24,000 nucleotides of DNA from contig NZ_CP176530.1 in assembly GCF_046267985.1 (NCBI RefSeq), forward strand, positions 478,881 to 502,880. Direction: 5' to 3'. The position numbers were made by a program, and so were the translations under genes. The notes below the pieces were generated by a model. That model was not told the origin of the DNA. It did not search any database and saw nothing but the letters and a program-made list of their open reading frames with translations. Below are positions 6,979 through 14,803 of this stretch, in pieces (positions within the stretch are counted from its first letter, which is position 1; the number at the start of each line of letters is the position of its first letter). This DNA comes from Pseudobdellovibrio sp. HCB154. GTDB lineage: Bacteria > Bdellovibrionota > Bdellovibrionia > Bdellovibrionales > Bdellovibrionaceae.

Positions 6979-9684
6979 CTATTGAAAACGAGTTAACGCT
7001 TCTTTAAGTGAAACGATTTGTACTTTTGATTGCGCCAGTAATTGGCGGTCGGCGGCGATCACGTCTTCATCAGCATTTGCTACGAACTTTTCGTTAGAAA
7101 GTTTGTTCGTTAAAAGATTGATATCTTTATCAAGCTTTTCAATTGTTTTTTGGATACGTTTTAACTCTTCACCAAAATCAACTAAACCTTCAAGCGGGAT
7201 GATCACTTTTACTTGCGCTTCACGTACTGATACCGGAGCCACGGCACATTTCATTAAGTTACCATCAGCACCGATGTCTAAGTTTTCTAAACGACCGATG
7301 GTCATGATCGCGGTGCGGTTCTCAGATAACGTTTTTTGAACTGAAGCTTCAGTCACGCCTAAACGAACAGTTAACTTCGTAGCTGGGCTAATACGGTTTT
7401 CACCGCGGATATTACGGATCGCTGTGATCACTTCTTTAACGATATCAATTTCATGCTCAGATTTTTTATTACCTAAAGCTAATAGCTCTTTATCGTTCGC
7501 CACTGTTGGGTACTGATCAATGATACAAGCTTCGCCTTTTAGCGGAAGTTTAGCATAGATCTCTTCAGTGATAAACGGGCAGAACGGGTGAAGAAGTCTG
7601 ATCATACGGTTTAGAACCTGTGCCATCACAAGTTGTGTCGCACGTTTTTCTTCTAAGTTCGTTGATTGCATGATTGGTTTTGAAAATTCAATATACCAGT
7701 CACAGAACTCATTCCAGATAAAGTGGTATAATTCTAAAGCGGCTTCAGAAAACTTTTCGCCTTCTAAAGATTCTTGAACTTTCTTTTCCACTTCGCCTAA
7801 TTTTGAAATGATCCATTGGTCAAATACGCTTGTGTGCGCTTTATTTGGTAAAGCCTTTAAACCTTCAGCTGGAATAGGCATATCGGCAATGTTTGATAAG
7901 ACGAAACGAGAGGCATTCCAAACTTTATTCATAAAGTTACGGTAACCCTCTAAACGTTGTTCAGAGAATTTAAAGTCTTTGCCGCTAAATAAATGGGCTA
8001 AGAAGCTAAAACGTAAAGCATCAGCTCCGTATTTATCGATCATATCGATTGGATCAATCGAGTTACCTAAAGATTTAGACATCTTACGGCCTTGGCTATC
8101 GCGCACTAAACCGTGAACGTAAACCGTTCTAAACGGCACATCTTTTTTAAATTCAACGCCCATTACGATCATTCTGGCTACCCAGAAGAAAATAATATCA
8201 TGACCAGTCACTAGGTAATTAGTTGGATAGAAAGTTTTTTGTGTTTCAACCGAGTGTTGGTCTTCATTTGGCCAACCCATAGTTGAAAACGGCCATAACG
8301 CTGAAGAGAACCACGTATCTAACACGTCTTCTTCTTGAGTTACTTTTGTACTTCCGCAGTGTTCACATTTCTCAGGAGCGATTTCAGCTACCGTGTGCTT
8401 TTCACAATCACCGCAGTGCCAAGCAGGAATTCTATGACCCCACCACAATTGGCGCGAGATACACCAGTCTTCGATGATGTTCATCCAGTGAAGGTAAACT
8501 TTTGTCCACGATTCTGGTTCAAAGCGGATTGTGCCTGATTCAACTACGCGTTTAGCAGGAGTCGCCAACTCTTCCATTTTTAAAAACCATTGTTCAGATA
8601 AGAACGGCTCAACCACAGCGTCTGTGCGCGAGCAGTGACCTACCGACATCATGTGTGGTTCTTCTTTAACTAATAAGCCAAGTGCTGTTAAGTCTTCGCG
8701 AACTTTTTTACGCGCTTCTTGAACTTTTAAACCCTGGTAAGGACCAGCGTTTTCATTCATCGTCGCTTTTTTAGTTAAGATATTAATGAAATCTAATTTG
8801 TGAGTTTTACCGATTTTGTAATCGTTAAAATCATGCGCCGGGGTAATTTTCACAACTCCAGATCCGAAATTAAGATCAACATAAGTATCTGCGATGATTT
8901 TAATTTTACGATTAATTAACGGAACGGTAACTGTTTTGCCGATTAAGTGTTTGTAACGTGGATCATCCGGGTGAACGCAAAGGGCTGTATCGCCTAACAT
9001 CGTCTCTGGACGAGTCGTTGCCACTGTTAAAAGTTCACCCGTGCCATCAACCGGGTAGTTGATGTGGTAAAGAGTTCCCTTAACTTGTTTGTGTTCTACT
9101 TCAAGATCTGAGATCGCTGATTCAAGCGGGCCTGACCAGTTCACTAAACGTTGGCCTTTGTAGATTAAATTCTTTTTGTATAAAGAAACGAAAACTTTAC
9201 GAACCGCTTTTGATACGCCTTCATCTAACGTGAATGTGGCGCGATCCCAGTCACAAGAATCACCAAGTCTGCGCATTTGACGGTAAATGCGGTCGCCGTA
9301 TTCGTGTTTCCATTCCCAAACTTTTTCTACGAATTTTTCGCGGCCCAGATCATGGCGAGTCACGCCGCCGTTTTTCTTTAATTCTTTTTCAACAACAGTT
9401 TGTGTCGCAATACCGGCGTGGTCTGTTCCTGGTAACCACATAGCATTGTAACCAGACATACGTTTCCAACGGATTAATAAATCTTGGATCGTGTGATCAA
9501 GCGCATGACCTAAGTGTAAAAAACCTGTGACGTTCGGCGGAGGTAAAATAATTGAGAACGGAGGTTTTGTTGATTGATCTTGAGCTTTGAAATAGCCCTT
9601 ATCTTCCCACTGTTTGTAAACAGTAGCTTCAACATCTTGAGGATTGTAACGGTCAGCTAACGTAGTTGGATTTGTCATAGGCAA
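6979..9684 (-). CDS. valS: Valine--tRNA ligase
   Basis: 901-aa ORF with the class-I HIGH motif (PPNVTGFLHLGHAL), KMSKS (GRKMSKSLGN), an editing-domain region (TTRPETMLGDTA) and the C-terminal coiled coil typical of ValRS. Confidence 0.97.
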   Translation of the reverse strand: MPMTNPTTLADRYNPQDVEATVYKQWEDKGYFKAQDQSTKPPFSIILPPPNVTGFLHLGHALDHTIQDLLIRWKRMSGYNAMWLPGTDHAGIATQTVVEKELKKNGGVTRHDLGREKFVEKVWEWKHEYGDRIYRQMRRLGDSCDWDRATFTLDEGVSKAVRKVFVSLYKKNLIYKGQRLVNWSGPLESAISDLEVEHKQVKGTLYHINYPVDGTGELLTVATTRPETMLGDTALCVHPDDPRYKHLIGKTVTVPLINRKIKIIADTYVDLNFGSGVVKITPAHDFNDYKIGKTHKLDFINILTKKATMNENAGPYQGLKVQEARKKVREDLTALGLLVKEEPHMMSVGHCSRTDAVVEPFLSEQWFLKMEELATPAKRVVESGTIRFEPESWTKVYLHWMNIIEDWCISRQLWWGHRIPAWHCGDCEKHTVAEIAPEKCEHCGSTKVTQEEDVLDTWFSSALWPFSTMGWPNEDQHSVETQKTFYPTNYLVTGHDIIFFWVARMIVMGVEFKKDVPFRTVYVHGLVRDSQGRKMSKSLGNSIDPIDMIDKYGADALRFSFLAHLFSGKDFKFSEQRLEGYRNFMNKVWNASRFVLSNIADMPIPAEGLKALPNKAHTSVFDQWIISKLGEVEKKVQESLEGEKFSEAALELYHFIWNEFCDWYIEFSKPIMQSTNLEEKRATQLVMAQVLNRMIRLLHPFCPFITEEIYAKLPLKGEACIIDQYPTVANDKELLALGNKKSEHEIDIVKEVITAIRNIRGENRISPATKLTVRLGVTEASVQKTLSENRTAIMTIGRLENLDIGADGNLMKCAVAPVSVREAQVKVIIPLEGLVDFGEELKRIQKTIEKLDKDINLLTNKLSNEKFVANADEDVIAADRQLLAQSKVQIVSLKEALTRFQ

Positions 9685-9697
9685 TCAGCCTAGCAAA

Positions 9698-10027
9698 TTA
9701 GCCTCTATCAGTCACCATTTGCTGATAACCGCCATCAATCAGATAGACGTTTGTATAACCTTTTTTTTCTAAATCTTTGGCGATACGCTCAGATTGCTTG
9801 CCATCAGGGCATAATAATAAAATAGCGAAGTCTTTGGGGATCTTACGGCTATCTAATTCGCTTTGGGTCTGGCTTTCCGTCAGCATGACCTGCCAAGCTT
9901 CAACGTGCAGCTTCTGAATTGACGTGTACCAAGGGGTTAAATCTGTGCCGTAATTGAAAAATAAAAACGGAACGCGGTTTTCAATTAAATTATTTAACTG
10001 GTAATAGCCAATTTTGTTGTAGCTCAT
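9698..10027 (-). CDS. Single-domain rhodanese-like sulfurtransferase
   Basis: 109-aa ORF with the active-site loop LLLCPDGKQSERIA followed by GYTNVYLIDGGYQQM. Its ATG overlaps the MFS gene stop (ATGA), and it ends 13 nt upstream of valS. Confidence 0.8.
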   Translation of the reverse strand: MSYNKIGYYQLNNLIENRVPFLFFNYGTDLTPWYTSIQKLHVEAWQVMLTESQTQSELDSRKIPKDFAILLLCPDGKQSERIAKDLEKKGYTNVYLIDGGYQQMVTDRG

Positions 10028-11253
10028 GCAGTCACCTTTTTGCCGTGATCAGGCAGATCTTTAAAAATCATAAAAATAATCGCTAAGGCAAATAACGTAA
10101 AGCCCCCAGCAAGTACAAACGGCGAACCTTTAAAAGTGCTTTGTAATAAAAAGCCACCAATCGCGGGGCCAATCACACGGCCTAAGGCTGATAAACTTTG
10201 TGTTGTACCTAAGGCAATACCTTGTTCTTCAGGCGGCACTAATAACGAAACGCTTCCCATAAACGATGGATTTGTTAATCCGTGGCCTAAAGAAAGTAAT
10301 GTCATCACAACACCCATCATTGGAATACTTGGCGCAAACGCGATGCCTAAAAGGCCTAGGCCTAATAAAAGTAATCCTGCACATAAAACTTTTCTTTCAC
10401 CCACTTTAGGAAGCAAACGGCGAACTAAAAAACCTTGTGTGAAAACAATAATCACACCGATGTAAGCAAAGCCAAAACTCACTTCTTTGATGTTCCAGTT
10501 AAATTTATCTTTCATGTAGAGAACCAAAGTTGATTCCATCAACGCCATTGAAAGTGTGGCTAGTGCAAAGCCTGTAATTAATGGGCCCACAGTTTTCATG
10601 TGAAAGTAGCGCACAAGGTGAGTAAACTTTTTTTGTTTTTCAGAACTGTTTTTCGCTCTGGTTTCAGCGCTGATCGATTCTTTTAAATTAAAGAACGCAA
10701 AGATAAATGTGAATAAGCAAAGTAGAGCAACGCCATACGCGGAGAAGCTGGCGACGAACCCCATGTCTGAGGACATCGTTTCAGCCCACACCGTTAAACC
10801 ACCGCCGATGGCCGGGCCAAATAAAAACCCTAAACCAAAAGCTACGCCAATTACGGCCATACCTTTTGAACGGTTTTCTGGAGTTGTCACATCTGACACA
10901 TAAGCTGAAGCGGTGGAAATTGAAGCGCCAAAAAAGCCAGTCATGATTCGCGCGATAAAAAGCATTTCTAATGAACGAGACCAGGCTAGAACTAAATAAG
11001 AAATCATTTCGCCTAAAAGGCAGTACATTAAAATCGGTCTGCGACCATAGCGGTCAGAAAGTTTTCCCCAAAACGGAGCAAAGATAAATTGCATGAGTGA
11101 ATAACACGACATTAAAAGACCAGCTACCCAAGGAGTGGCGCCGTAGTGTGTGCTCAGTAGGGGCAGAACCGGAATAATCATTCCGAATCCTAAAAGGTAA
11201 ATAAAAACTGTGAAAAAAATTACGATAAGTGGTTTTGCGTTTGGGTTTTTCAT
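10024..11253 (-). CDS. MFS transporter (DHA1/Tet-like drug:H+ antiporter family)
   Basis: 409-aa ORF that is hydrophobic throughout (about 12 TM by eye). MFS motif A is GKLSDRYGRRPIL, and a second-half repeat motif is present (LLPKVGERKVL). Confidence 0.9.
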   Translation of the reverse strand: MKNPNAKPLIVIFFTVFIYLLGFGMIIPVLPLLSTHYGATPWVAGLLMSCYSLMQFIFAPFWGKLSDRYGRRPILMYCLLGEMISYLVLAWSRSLEMLFIARIMTGFFGASISTASAYVSDVTTPENRSKGMAVIGVAFGLGFLFGPAIGGGLTVWAETMSSDMGFVASFSAYGVALLCLFTFIFAFFNLKESISAETRAKNSSEKQKKFTHLVRYFHMKTVGPLITGFALATLSMALMESTLVLYMKDKFNWNIKEVSFGFAYIGVIIVFTQGFLVRRLLPKVGERKVLCAGLLLLGLGLLGIAFAPSIPMMGVVMTLLSLGHGLTNPSFMGSVSLLVPPEEQGIALGTTQSLSALGRVIGPAIGGFLLQSTFKGSPFVLAGGFTLFALAIIFMIFKDLPDHGKKVTA

Positions 11254-11317
11254 TTTAGCCGATCTGGACCTTTGTCTTCTGCTCTTAGTATATAAACTCG
11301 GTTACACTGATGTGGCT

Positions 11318-12523
11318 ATGAAAAAAACATCCACTACACTGCGTTCTAAGGTGAATTTGGCCCTTCTAGGATTGGCTCTTTTTTCGACTGCTCAGGCTAA
11401 GGCATTTTTTGATCCTTACCAGGTCTATCGCTCGCAAAGATTCGATCTGGCGATTGATACACAATTCTACAAAACGACAGCTAACTTTGATTCAGGTGGT
11501 GAAAAAACAGATCTGCCATTTGAAAACAGCTATCAGCTTATAGATGTGACACCTCAATTGCGTTGGGGAATGTTCCGTGATTTTGGAGTACGCGTGGGCG
11601 GTAACGTCGGAACCTCGGAGTCGGTTGACCCAATTAATACACGTAACAATTCAACTTTTAACCGCATTGATGTGGGTGCTGATTATCAATTGCTCAACTT
11701 TGATTCTTTTCAGACGATCCTAGATTTTGAATATTCGCATCCTATGGAAAAAGTCAGTGAAACTGGCGATGACAGCTTAAACAGCAATGGTGCCAGCGAA
11801 ATTAAACCAACAGCCATTATGCGCATGGATTTAGGAAGTTTTTATCCTTACGCTTACGTGGGCGGAAATATTCGCTCTGAAGGTTTATCAACACTGTTGA
11901 CTTACGGTGTTGGCGGAGAATTTCGTTTTTCTGAATTGGGATTAGGTGCCGCGCTTGATGGTTTTAGTTCAGTTAAAGATGATCAATACACAAATTCGGC
12001 TTCACGTCGTGATGCGGTCACAACACGTGTGAATGGCGGAAGTAAAAGATTTTATTCAATCAATCCAAATGCTTTAGCTGCAGAACTTTTTGTGAATTTT
12101 GCGATGACAGATTTTATTAAGTTTAAAGCTTACGGCGGAGCTGATGTTACCGGTTCAAATTATTCACAAGGATTTTTTGTCGGAGCCGCTTTAACTTTTA
12201 CGCTTGATTACGGAAATAATGATCACGATGAAGAACCTGTGGTTCGTAAAGCGCGTCCAGCGGCGAAGAAAACAAAAGCGAAGCAACCTGTGGATAATGG
12301 ATTTCGTGAAGATACAAACGATGGCGTAGATCAAAATTATTTTAAATCAGTTGATCCAAGTAATGATGATTATGTGCAACCTATTGAAGAAGAGCAGCCA
12401 CCCCAAAATGGAACCAGCTCAAGTGTTAATCCGAACTCTGAATCTTCAACGCAGCAGGATTTAGATCAGCTCGGTTATACAATCAAATTAAAGAAGCTTA
12501 AAAAGAAAAAGAAGAATCAGTAG
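11318..12523 (+). CDS. Putative outer-membrane beta-barrel protein with a 102-aa disordered, polybasic-ended C-terminal tail
   Basis: The track ORF starts at 11210 but overlaps the divergent MFS gene. ATG 11318 gives MKKTSTTLRSKVNLALLGLALFSTAQA-KA, a signal peptide. The body shows alternating-pattern strands rich in G/Y/F, ending with a beta-signal-like FFVGAALTFTLDY. It then continues with an acidic/polar tail ending KLKKLKKKKKNQ. Confidence 0.7.
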   Translation: MKKTSTTLRSKVNLALLGLALFSTAQAKAFFDPYQVYRSQRFDLAIDTQFYKTTANFDSGGEKTDLPFENSYQLIDVTPQLRWGMFRDFGVRVGGNVGTSESVDPINTRNNSTFNRIDVGADYQLLNFDSFQTILDFEYSHPMEKVSETGDDSLNSNGASEIKPTAIMRMDLGSFYPYAYVGGNIRSEGLSTLLTYGVGGEFRFSELGLGAALDGFSSVKDDQYTNSASRRDAVTTRVNGGSKRFYSINPNALAAELFVNFAMTDFIKFKAYGGADVTGSNYSQGFFVGAALTFTLDYGNNDHDEEPVVRKARPAAKKTKAKQPVDNGFREDTNDGVDQNYFKSVDPSNDDYVQPIEEEQPPQNGTSSSVNPNSESSTQQDLDQLGYTIKLKKLKKKKKNQ

Positions 12524-12586
12524 TTCTCTTCAACGGGCAATTCGCCACAGTAGCGTTTCTTATTACAATCATAACAAAATAAATCT

Positions 12587-12618
12587 AGACAAGTTTTCTA
12601 TATCAAGATAACTTGTCT
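12587..12618. promoter_or_regulatory. 9-bp inverted repeat AGACAAGTT-N14-AACTTGTCT upstream of a small ORF
   Basis: Arms at 12587-12595 and 12610-12618 are exact reverse complements, and the spacer is AT-rich (contains TATATC). It ends 26 nt before the ATG at 12645. It may be an operator or an RNA hairpin. Confidence 0.35.
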
Positions 12619-12644
12619 TCATTCTTATGAAAGGAGAATCGCAT

Positions 12645-12743
12645 ATGATTACACATTTTAATATTATCGCCTTAGGACTTACTGTCGCAGCCAATGTTGC
12701 TATTTCAGATATGACCGATTCTCCTAAGTCGCAGCAATTCTAG
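12645..12743 (+). CDS. Candidate 32-aa small protein (MITHFNIIALGLTVAANVAISDMTDSPKSQQF)
   Basis: Below the ORF-track cutoff. A strong SD (AAAGGAG) ends 9 nt before the ATG. It has a hydrophobic N-terminal half and a polar C-terminal half, and sits in a 455-nt stretch that otherwise looks non-coding. Confidence 0.35.
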   Translation: MITHFNIIALGLTVAANVAISDMTDSPKSQQF

Positions 12744-12978
12744 CAAGAAAGTATGTTTCCCTAGAGGAAAAATGCCTTTAAAGCGGAAACCTGAAAAGTT
12801 AGAAAGCTTCTAACAAGAGAATCAAAAAAATAAAAAGAATGAAATGAAAACGATAATCATTTTTATCGTCTAAGTTTGTTGTGAATTTTTTCGCAGCCAA
12901 TTTCTCATTCTGCAAATCAAAACAAATTAATAATTTTTATTTAACCGCGTTCGGCAACGGGCGCAAAAAGGACTATTT

Positions 12979-13230
12979 ATGAAAAACGCTAAAAACTATT
13001 TAGCACATTATGAAAATTGGGAAAACGTAAACGCGGAGGAGCTTTGGCGCCTTTGGAAAAGTGTTCTCAAGTGTATTAACCTGATCGCTTATTGCCTTCA
13101 CGCTTTAGTGAAATTAGCGATCGGGTTTTTATTAAACGCCAACTATTTGGTAAAACATCACGAATTAGGAAAGCTACCGGAAGAAATCAACGGTAGCTAT
13201 GCTTGCAGCAGGAACTGGGATCTTAGCTAA
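12979..13230 (+). CDS. Hypothetical 83-aa protein
   Basis: ORF with an AAGGA SD 7 nt upstream. A central hydrophobic helix reads INLIAYCLHALVKLAIGFLL. The stop codon is embedded in a canonical intrinsic terminator, which argues for a real stand-alone transcription unit. Confidence 0.5.
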   Translation: MKNAKNYLAHYENWENVNAEELWRLWKSVLKCINLIAYCLHALVKLAIGFLLNANYLVKHHELGKLPEEINGSYACSRNWDLS

Positions 13231-13248
13231 GACCAGTTCCTGTTTTTT
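13209..13248 (+). terminator. Rho-independent terminator
   Basis: CAGGAACTGG (13209-13218) pairs with CCAGTTCCTG (13233-13242). An inner TCTT/AAGA extension and an AGCT loop follow, then T6 (13243-13248). Confidence 0.8.
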
Positions 13249-13321
13249 ATTGCTCTCTCTGTCATGTTGTAAATCGTCGTTGGGGAGGGGCGATTTGGTT
13301 TTGGAATTTTATTTTATAAGA

Positions 13322-13807
13322 TTATTCGAGATCCATGTGCTGCATGCGCATTTTCGGCATGTAGGCTTCGGCTTGCTCAAGTAAAGATAAGTGAGCTTGC
13401 GCCATGGCTTTTAGGTTGGCTTCAAATTGCATTCTTGATTTTTTAAGATCAGAAATTTCTTGATAGATTTTACGTAAAGAATCTTTCGCGTCGCGAGTGA
13501 TTGTTTCGGCCTTGTGTTGGGCGTCAGCAATGATTAATTTCACTTCGTGCTCAGTTTCAGTTTTCATTTGATCAGTCATTTTCGTAGCTTGGGTAATAGC
13601 GCTACGTAAAACATTATCGCGGTCACGGTATTCGTGAAGCTGTAATTCTTTTTCTTTTAATTCTTCAGTTAATGTTTGAATTTGTTGCGCCAGGTTTTCT
13701 GTTTGCGCAGCAATAACTGTTAGAAAGTTAACTACTTGTTCAGGATCAAAGCCCATCATCTTACGATCGAAGGTCTTATTTGCTATTTCAGTAGGGTAAA
13801 ATTTCAT
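13322..13807 (-). CDS. divIVA: DivIVA-family cell-division/polarity protein
   Basis: 161-aa ORF with a GGAGG SD 7 nt upstream. The N-terminus MKFYPTEIANKTFDRKMMGFDPEQVVNFL matches the DivIVA lipid-binding N-domain (compare B. subtilis LTPNDIHNKTFTKSFRGYDEDEVNEFL). The rest is coiled coil. Confidence 0.9.
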   Translation of the reverse strand: MKFYPTEIANKTFDRKMMGFDPEQVVNFLTVIAAQTENLAQQIQTLTEELKEKELQLHEYRDRDNVLRSAITQATKMTDQMKTETEHEVKLIIADAQHKAETITRDAKDSLRKIYQEISDLKKSRMQFEANLKAMAQAHLSLLEQAEAYMPKMRMQHMDLE

Positions 13808-13963
13808 TTAATTCCTCCATGAATCAAATTAACGAAACCCGTGGTTCACTATTTTAGTATAGGTAATACTTGCCCCAAAAAAAAGTCGAGTCCAAGGATG
13901 TGCCTATATCCTGTACTTTAGGTTGAGCGACAAAAGTCGTAATGCTTTGTGAGAAAGCCAGAC

Positions 13964-14794
13964 CTACGTCTGGCGGGCGATTTCTTGTGAACGTAAAGCG
14001 GCTTTTTCGAAGCTGATACGTAGGGCGCGTTCGATTTCAAGCTCACGCATTGAATTTAATCCAGCTGCGGTAACGCCTTTTTTAGAAGTGACTCGTTGTT
14101 GTAATTCTTCGATATCAACACCCGCTGATTGCGCAGCTAAAAGTGAAGCGCCAACGAAAGTTTCAATCGTCATCATTTTAGCTTGTTCAGGTGTAAAACC
14201 GTGTTCGATGATCCAATCTTGCCAGTACATCATCATTTCAAAAACAAAGCCTGTACCGCTTGAGCATGAAATCATTAAAGCATCGAATTGATCTTCAGTT
14301 TCTAATTCTAAAATAACACCTAAGCCAGAAAATAAGTCTTTCGTGATTTCAGTGACAACTTCATCTTTTTTATTCGCTAAAACACCTAAAACACCGCGGC
14401 CAATTAATGACGGCGTGTTTGGCATTAAGCGAACCAAGCGTGGTTGTGGAATCATTTTTTGTAATGAACGCATAGTGATTCCCGCAGCTAACGAGATCAC
14501 GATTTGGTTTTCGTTAAACGCCGAAGCCAGGTTGGCCATGGCTTGTGGAAGATCTTGCGGTTTCATTGCTAAAATAACAATGTCACACTCTTCGACGATC
14601 TGTTCATTATGTTCACGCGTTTGAATTTGATATAATTCTTTTAACTTAAGAGGCTTACCCGGAGTGCGGTTTGAAACCAAGATTTGATCTGGTCTTAATA
14701 ACTTTGACTCTACCATTCCTTTGATAAGAGCCTGAGCCATGTGTCCTGCGCCGATGAAACCAACTTTGTACGTCTTAAGTAAAGGATGAGTCAT
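13964..14794 (-). CDS. proC: Pyrroline-5-carboxylate reductase
   Basis: 276-aa ORF with the N-terminal Rossmann motif VGFIGAGHMAQALIKG and the C-terminal dimerisation-domain motif (VTSKKGVTAAGL). Confidence 0.93.
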   Translation of the reverse strand: MTHPLLKTYKVGFIGAGHMAQALIKGMVESKLLRPDQILVSNRTPGKPLKLKELYQIQTREHNEQIVEECDIVILAMKPQDLPQAMANLASAFNENQIVISLAAGITMRSLQKMIPQPRLVRLMPNTPSLIGRGVLGVLANKKDEVVTEITKDLFSGLGVILELETEDQFDALMISCSSGTGFVFEMMMYWQDWIIEHGFTPEQAKMMTIETFVGASLLAAQSAGVDIEELQQRVTSKKGVTAAGLNSMRELEIERALRISFEKAALRSQEIARQT

Positions 14795-14803
14795 ATAAAA
14801 AGA

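Noticed and set aside
7103-9443. Four plus-strand ORFs of 64-78 aa (7103..7339, 8283..8477, 8335..8538, 9234..9443) inside valS
   Set aside because: They are antisense shadow ORFs within a very confidently called, motif-rich valS frame. They have no SD signals, and their low-complexity or odd composition is typical of antisense frames.
10136-10903. Plus-strand ORFs 10136..10465 and 10709..10903 opposite the MFS transporter gene
   Set aside because: They are antisense to a continuous 12-TM-type frame. Their Pro/Lys/Thr-rich translations are the expected mirror of hydrophobic codons.
11210-11317. N-terminal 36-aa extension of the OMP-like ORF as given in the track (start 11210)
   Set aside because: The extension would overlap the 5' end of the divergent MFS gene by 44 nt and would precede the obvious signal peptide. 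ATG 11318 gives MKKTSTTLRSKVNLALLGLALFSTAQA, a canonical export signal.
12844-12873. Nine-codon mini-ORF MKTIIIFIV overlapping the ACGATAA/TTATCGT hairpin, superficially like an Ile/Val attenuation leader peptide
   Set aside because: It has no SD and no branched-chain amino-acid biosynthesis genes downstream, and no alternative anti-terminator pairing is visible. In such AT-rich sequence, ATT/ATC/TTT codons arise by chance.
13199-13384. 61-aa plus-strand ORF 13199..13384
   Set aside because: It starts inside the 83-aa ORF, runs straight through the intrinsic terminator and into the 3' end of divIVA on the opposite strand. It has no SD, so it is a spurious frame.
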